NCBI GenBank assembly: GCA_017559545.1
Contig: JAFYRK010000002.1
Location: forward strand, 9,202-73,201
Source: Bacteroidales bacterium
GTDB lineage: Bacteria > Bacteroidota > Bacteroidia > Bacteroidales > UBA932
Reading direction: 5' to 3'
Length of the DNA: 64,000 nucleotides
Shown here: positions 60,274 to 64,000 of the stretch, in pieces
Layout of the letters: each line of letters starts with the position of its first letter
How positions within the stretch are numbered: position 1 is the stretch's first letter
Notes under the pieces: generated by a model
Seen by the model: the letters and a program-made list of their open reading frames with translations, nothing else
Told to the model about the DNA's origin: nothing
Databases searched by the model: none
Program-made: the position numbers and the translations under genes

Positions 60274-61302
60274 CTACTCGTTTACAATAACCTTTACGCC
60301 ATCCTTAAGACGGATCTGTCCGCCGACAACGATCTTATCGCCATCCTGAAGACCCTCAAGAACCTCATACTCAGCACCCATGCGACGACCGAGAACGACC
60401 TTCTTGTATGTAACTGTGTTATCCTCATTGAGAACATACACGAATCTCTCGCCTGAACCCTGCTGCTTAACGACTGCTACGTCAGGAATCACGACGTTGT
60501 TGTTAGAACCGAAGTTCACAGTAGCTCTTGCGAACATACCTGGACGAAGAGTCTTGTATGTGTTGTCGATCTTAACCTCTACAGTGAATGTACGGGTTGC
60601 AGGGTCAACTGTTGGGTAGATTCTGTTGATCTTACCGTAGAAAACCTTCTCAGGAAGTGCATCTGCGGTAACTGTTACCGAGTCACCCTTCTTCACCTTT
60701 GAGTAATCAGTCTCTGAAACACCGATAAGGAGCTTTACAGGCACAATCTGCTCTACTGTAAAGAGAGGCATGCTCATCGCATACATGTCACCGACATCAT
60801 AGTTGCGCGCTGAAACAACACCATTGATCGGGCTACGGAGAATTGTGTTCTCGAGAAGATTGTCCACCTGTGTCTTAAGTACATTATACTGAAGCTGGAT
60901 AGCATCATAGTCAGACTGAGAAAGTCCTCCCTCCTCATAGAGAGACTTCAGACGCTGAAGCTCAACCTCCTGGTTCTGAAGCTGGAGCTGAGCCTGAAGA
61001 AGCTGTGCCTTATCGATCTCTGCAAGCACCTGTCCTTCCTTCACGAAATCACCGATCTCCACATTGATCTTTGTGATACGTCCCGCCATCTGCGGAGCAA
61101 TGTTATTCTTTACATAAGCCTGTACTGTAGAAGTATAGACTGCCTCCTGTGGCACCTCGCGTACAAAAACCTGTGCTACGGAAACTGTAGGATCAGCAAC
61201 TACCACCTCGGCAGTCTCTGTCTGCTTGCTTGCTTTGCTGCCACAGCCTGCCGTCATGATGACAGCCGCAGCAACGAACATTGTCTTGAAAATAGTCTTC
61301 AT
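60274..61302 (-). CDS. RND membrane fusion protein
   Basis: Lipoprotein (TAGC), GRITKINVEIGD, LRSPINGVV, VDPATRT and LRPGMF. Confidence 0.93.
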   Translation of the reverse strand: MKTIFKTMFVAAAVIMTAGCGSKASKQTETAEVVVADPTVSVAQVFVREVPQEAVYTSTVQAYVKNNIAPQMAGRITKINVEIGDFVKEGQVLAEIDKAQLLQAQLQLQNQEVELQRLKSLYEEGGLSQSDYDAIQLQYNVLKTQVDNLLENTILRSPINGVVSARNYDVGDMYAMSMPLFTVEQIVPVKLLIGVSETDYSKVKKGDSVTVTADALPEKVFYGKINRIYPTVDPATRTFTVEVKIDNTYKTLRPGMFARATVNFGSNNNVVIPDVAVVKQQGSGERFVYVLNEDNTVTYKKVVLGRRMGAEYEVLEGLQDGDKIVVGGQIRLKDGVKVIVNE

Positions 61303-61317
61303 ATATTTTTACTTTTA

Positions 61318-62832
61318 TTATTCTACGAAATCTTGGCCGAGGGTCTGCTCAAGCTGAGCCTTGGCGGTGAGGAAGTTATATACAGCCTGCGAAGCTCCGA
61401 GCTGAGCCTGTGTAAGTGCAAGCTGCGCATCATTCACCTCAATGAGTGTGCTGCGGCCTACCTGGTAGGACTTGGCAACGATATCATATCCTTTCTGTGC
61501 CGCCGCAAGAGCATCCTTTGAAGCATAGTATGACTTCATGTTGGTCTCCATGGCGTTAAGGTTCTGACGGATAGCGATCTTGAGCTGGCGCTCTGTGTTC
61601 ACAGTCTGGAGCTTTACCTGCTCATACTGATTCTTTGCCTGACGGATTGCCTGATAGCGCTTACCACCTGCGAAGATCGGAATGTTAAGACTCAAGCCGA
61701 CATATGAATAAGGGGTCCACCTGTACTCACTGAACTTGAAGTCATTGGTCATCGCGTTGTAGCTGAAGTTGAATGCCACTGCGAGCGACGGGATGTTAGC
61801 ATACTGCTGTACCTTGATTGTCTCTGCAAGCATCTCTGCCTGTATAGCGAGCTGCTTCATGGTTGTGTTACGGTCCAGAGTAATGCTGTCATGCTGATGG
61901 ATGTCATAGAACATGTGCTCAGACCAATCCTCAAGCTTGCCTGCAACGTCAATGTTCATGTCAAGATCGACTCCGAGTACAGCCTTGAGCTGCCACAAGG
62001 CGAGGATTACCGAACCCTCCGCGTTATACACGTTAGGAATTGCATTGGCAACTGTAGTCTTTGCCCTTAGAACTTCCATATCGGAAACCTTCTGGGCCCT
62101 ATACTTCTTCTCTGTCTCCTCAAGGTTCTGAACTGCGTTCTCATATACCTGCCTGTATACCTCAAAGGCTTCCTTTGCGAGAAGTGTTGCGAAATATGCG
62201 TTCTTTACCTGAGTTACCATATCGAGGCGGGATGAGCGTGCCTTCTCTACTGCAAGCTCTACATCAAGACCTGATATCTTGAGGCTTTTCCAAAGCTGAG
62301 CATTTACAAGAGGCATTGCTGCAGATACGCCGGCTGACCATGTGTTCCAACGACCCATCTCGATACCATCGCCTGAGCCTGAACTACCTGATGACTCTGT
62401 GCCTGCACCTGTGTCAGGAATTTCGGTTCCGTCCGGAATCTCAGTTCCTTCGCCACCTGTCGCTCCACCCAACATTGAGCTCATATCAAAGTCCATGTAC
62501 ATAACCTGCTTCTTGATTGTACGCTGATACGCACCCGAAGCATCAATCTGAGGAAAAAGAGCCGCATAGCTGCCTTTCTTGGCATACTGCGTTCTCTGAA
62601 TCTCCATGTCAGCAACCTTTACTGACACGTTTTCACTCAAGGCAATCTGAAGTGCCTGTTCCAATGTGATGACTACCGGAGTCTCTGACGAAGCCGCTTC
62701 CTCAAGAATGAGCTCAGATTCTGATTTCTGAGCCTCCTGCGACGCACCGTCAGTCCTGTACTGCGCGAAAGCATCCGCATGAGAGAACATCATGCCGGCA
62801 ATGATCACTGCTGTTACCGCTAATTTTTTCAT
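61318..62832 (-). CDS. TolC family outer membrane efflux protein
   Basis: Signal peptide from ATG 62832, ITLEQALQIAL, LNIPIFAGG and YQVGRSTLIEV. Confidence 0.92.
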   Translation of the reverse strand: MKKLAVTAVIIAGMMFSHADAFAQYRTDGASQEAQKSESELILEEAASSETPVVITLEQALQIALSENVSVKVADMEIQRTQYAKKGSYAALFPQIDASGAYQRTIKKQVMYMDFDMSSMLGGATGGEGTEIPDGTEIPDTGAGTESSGSSGSGDGIEMGRWNTWSAGVSAAMPLVNAQLWKSLKISGLDVELAVEKARSSRLDMVTQVKNAYFATLLAKEAFEVYRQVYENAVQNLEETEKKYRAQKVSDMEVLRAKTTVANAIPNVYNAEGSVILALWQLKAVLGVDLDMNIDVAGKLEDWSEHMFYDIHQHDSITLDRNTTMKQLAIQAEMLAETIKVQQYANIPSLAVAFNFSYNAMTNDFKFSEYRWTPYSYVGLSLNIPIFAGGKRYQAIRQAKNQYEQVKLQTVNTERQLKIAIRQNLNAMETNMKSYYASKDALAAAQKGYDIVAKSYQVGRSTLIEVNDAQLALTQAQLGASQAVYNFLTAKAQLEQTLGQDFVE

Positions 62833-63002
62833 TTTTATATACACTAATACCTAATTTTCGTAGAATATTCATCCGCCTCTGTTCACAAGGCGCTTCAGGG
62901 GTGCAAATTTCACGCCATCCAAGAGAATATCATTGGTCTAAAATTATATAGATTTGGTTCAAAGTTATAAAACCCCTATATTTGGACGACAAAATTACAC
63001 AA

Positions 63003-63977
63003 ATGAGCGAAAAAAGGCAAAAGGGAGCCATTCCGGCTATCCTGTTCAGCGAAAAAAACGTCTTTAAGAAAGGCTATATCGACGACTACATCTTTGCTGC
63101 AGAAATACGTGGTGAAGATCATATTGTATGGACTAAGCCAAGAAAGCCGAAATACCACCTTGTAATCATAGTAATAGAAGGATACATCAAGATGGTAATC
63201 AATGGAGAGAAGTTCCATTTCGGAAAAAGGACATACATCAACCTACCAACCTGGTCGGACATTTATGAGATTGAATACGGAGATGGATTTCAAGCAATGA
63301 CCACCGCAACAGACAGAAGCGTTGTGGAAGATATCTTCCGAAACCGAAACCCATTCCCGCCGGATTTCAAGTTCAGGATCGACCATGGCCTTGGAGGCCA
63401 GATAATGGCAAAGAGTGATCTTGAAATCTTATGCAAGGACATCAGGAACATGATTGAATCCCTCTCGAACAAGAACCATTATTTTGCAGAAGAGGTCAAC
63501 TATGCATACTTCTATATCCTGCTGACAGACATGGCTGATATGCTATGGAGGAAATATGGACGATACGAGCCTATGAGACATTCGGAGATGAGGCGCGCAG
63601 ACAATATTCTGAAAGAGTTCTCCGAACTGCTTGTCCAGCATGTAAAGACGGAGACAAACGTAGGTTTTTATGCTGAAAGGCTCTGCATATCAAAGCAATA
63701 CCTCTCACTGATTGTCAAAGAAAAATTACGTGTGACAATTGGTACCGTCATGGCGTCCATGAGGATAGAGATGGCAGCAAGAATGCTGCGTGATCCGGAA
63801 CTTACAATCCAGGAAGTTGCCGAAGCTATGTCATTTTCTGATCAATCCTCTTTCGGAAAATTCTTCAAGAAGCACACAGGACTGTCGCCTCTTAAATACA
63901 GACAGAACCTCAGAAAGACGTTGCTGACGCTCCGCCCTAAAGAGGTTCTGAATCCAGATGTCAGAAATCTTGGCTAG
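63003..63977 (+). CDS. AraC family transcriptional regulator
   Basis: FYAERLCISKQYLS..TIQEVAEAMSFSDQSSFGKFFKKHTGLSPLKYR. ATG 63003 is preferred because the TTG at 62982 lies inside a TATATTTG promoter box (62977-62984). Confidence 0.92.
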   Translation: MSEKRQKGAIPAILFSEKNVFKKGYIDDYIFAAEIRGEDHIVWTKPRKPKYHLVIIVIEGYIKMVINGEKFHFGKRTYINLPTWSDIYEIEYGDGFQAMTTATDRSVVEDIFRNRNPFPPDFKFRIDHGLGGQIMAKSDLEILCKDIRNMIESLSNKNHYFAEEVNYAYFYILLTDMADMLWRKYGRYEPMRHSEMRRADNILKEFSELLVQHVKTETNVGFYAERLCISKQYLSLIVKEKLRVTIGTVMASMRIEMAARMLRDPELTIQEVAEAMSFSDQSSFGKFFKKHTGLSPLKYRQNLRKTLLTLRPKEVLNPDVRNLG

Positions 63978-64000
63978 ATTTCCGCTGTTATGTCAAGCCA

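Overview
Bacteroidales-type chromosomal window, judged from TAnnTTTG -7 promoter boxes, A-rich translation starts and BACON/TonB/GH92 genes. No rRNA, tRNA or CRISPR array was seen. (1) 1-14.9 kb is an accessory conflict/signalling region downstream of rnr. It holds a CASTOR/POLLUX-like RCK cation channel (missing from the ORF track, runs off the left edge), a Macro-TIR fusion, a stand-alone RyR-domain protein and TerB-DnaJ (DjlA-like). It also holds an expanded TerY-P-like operon (vWA, PP2C, two kinases, secreted TPR protein, TIR-Zn-ribbon) and a 2.7-kb two-gene cassette inserted into the 3' end of rnr with a 28-bp duplication. (2) rnr/gpmI, then an alpha-mannosidase cluster (GH92, GH92-GH125 fusion, GH92, ROK). 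(3) A RAYT-type HUH transposase with paired REP-like hairpins, a GH33 sialidase and an M3 peptidase. (4) A 14-kb TonB/BACON/nuclease locus that looks like extracellular nucleic-acid utilisation. (5) A SAM-II-type riboswitch with a terminator/antiterminator before metK, then smpB, miaA, trmB, PSP1, holB, polyprenyl synthase, LOG, OMP and trxA. (6) An RND efflux operon with a P-II-like gene and a divergent AraC regulator. Two distinct intergenic palindromic repeat families are dispersed through the window. The best candidate for an undescribed system is the TIR/Macro + RyR + RCK-channel module and its kinase/phosphatase/TIR neighbour operon. All functional calls come from motif reading by eye, not database searches.
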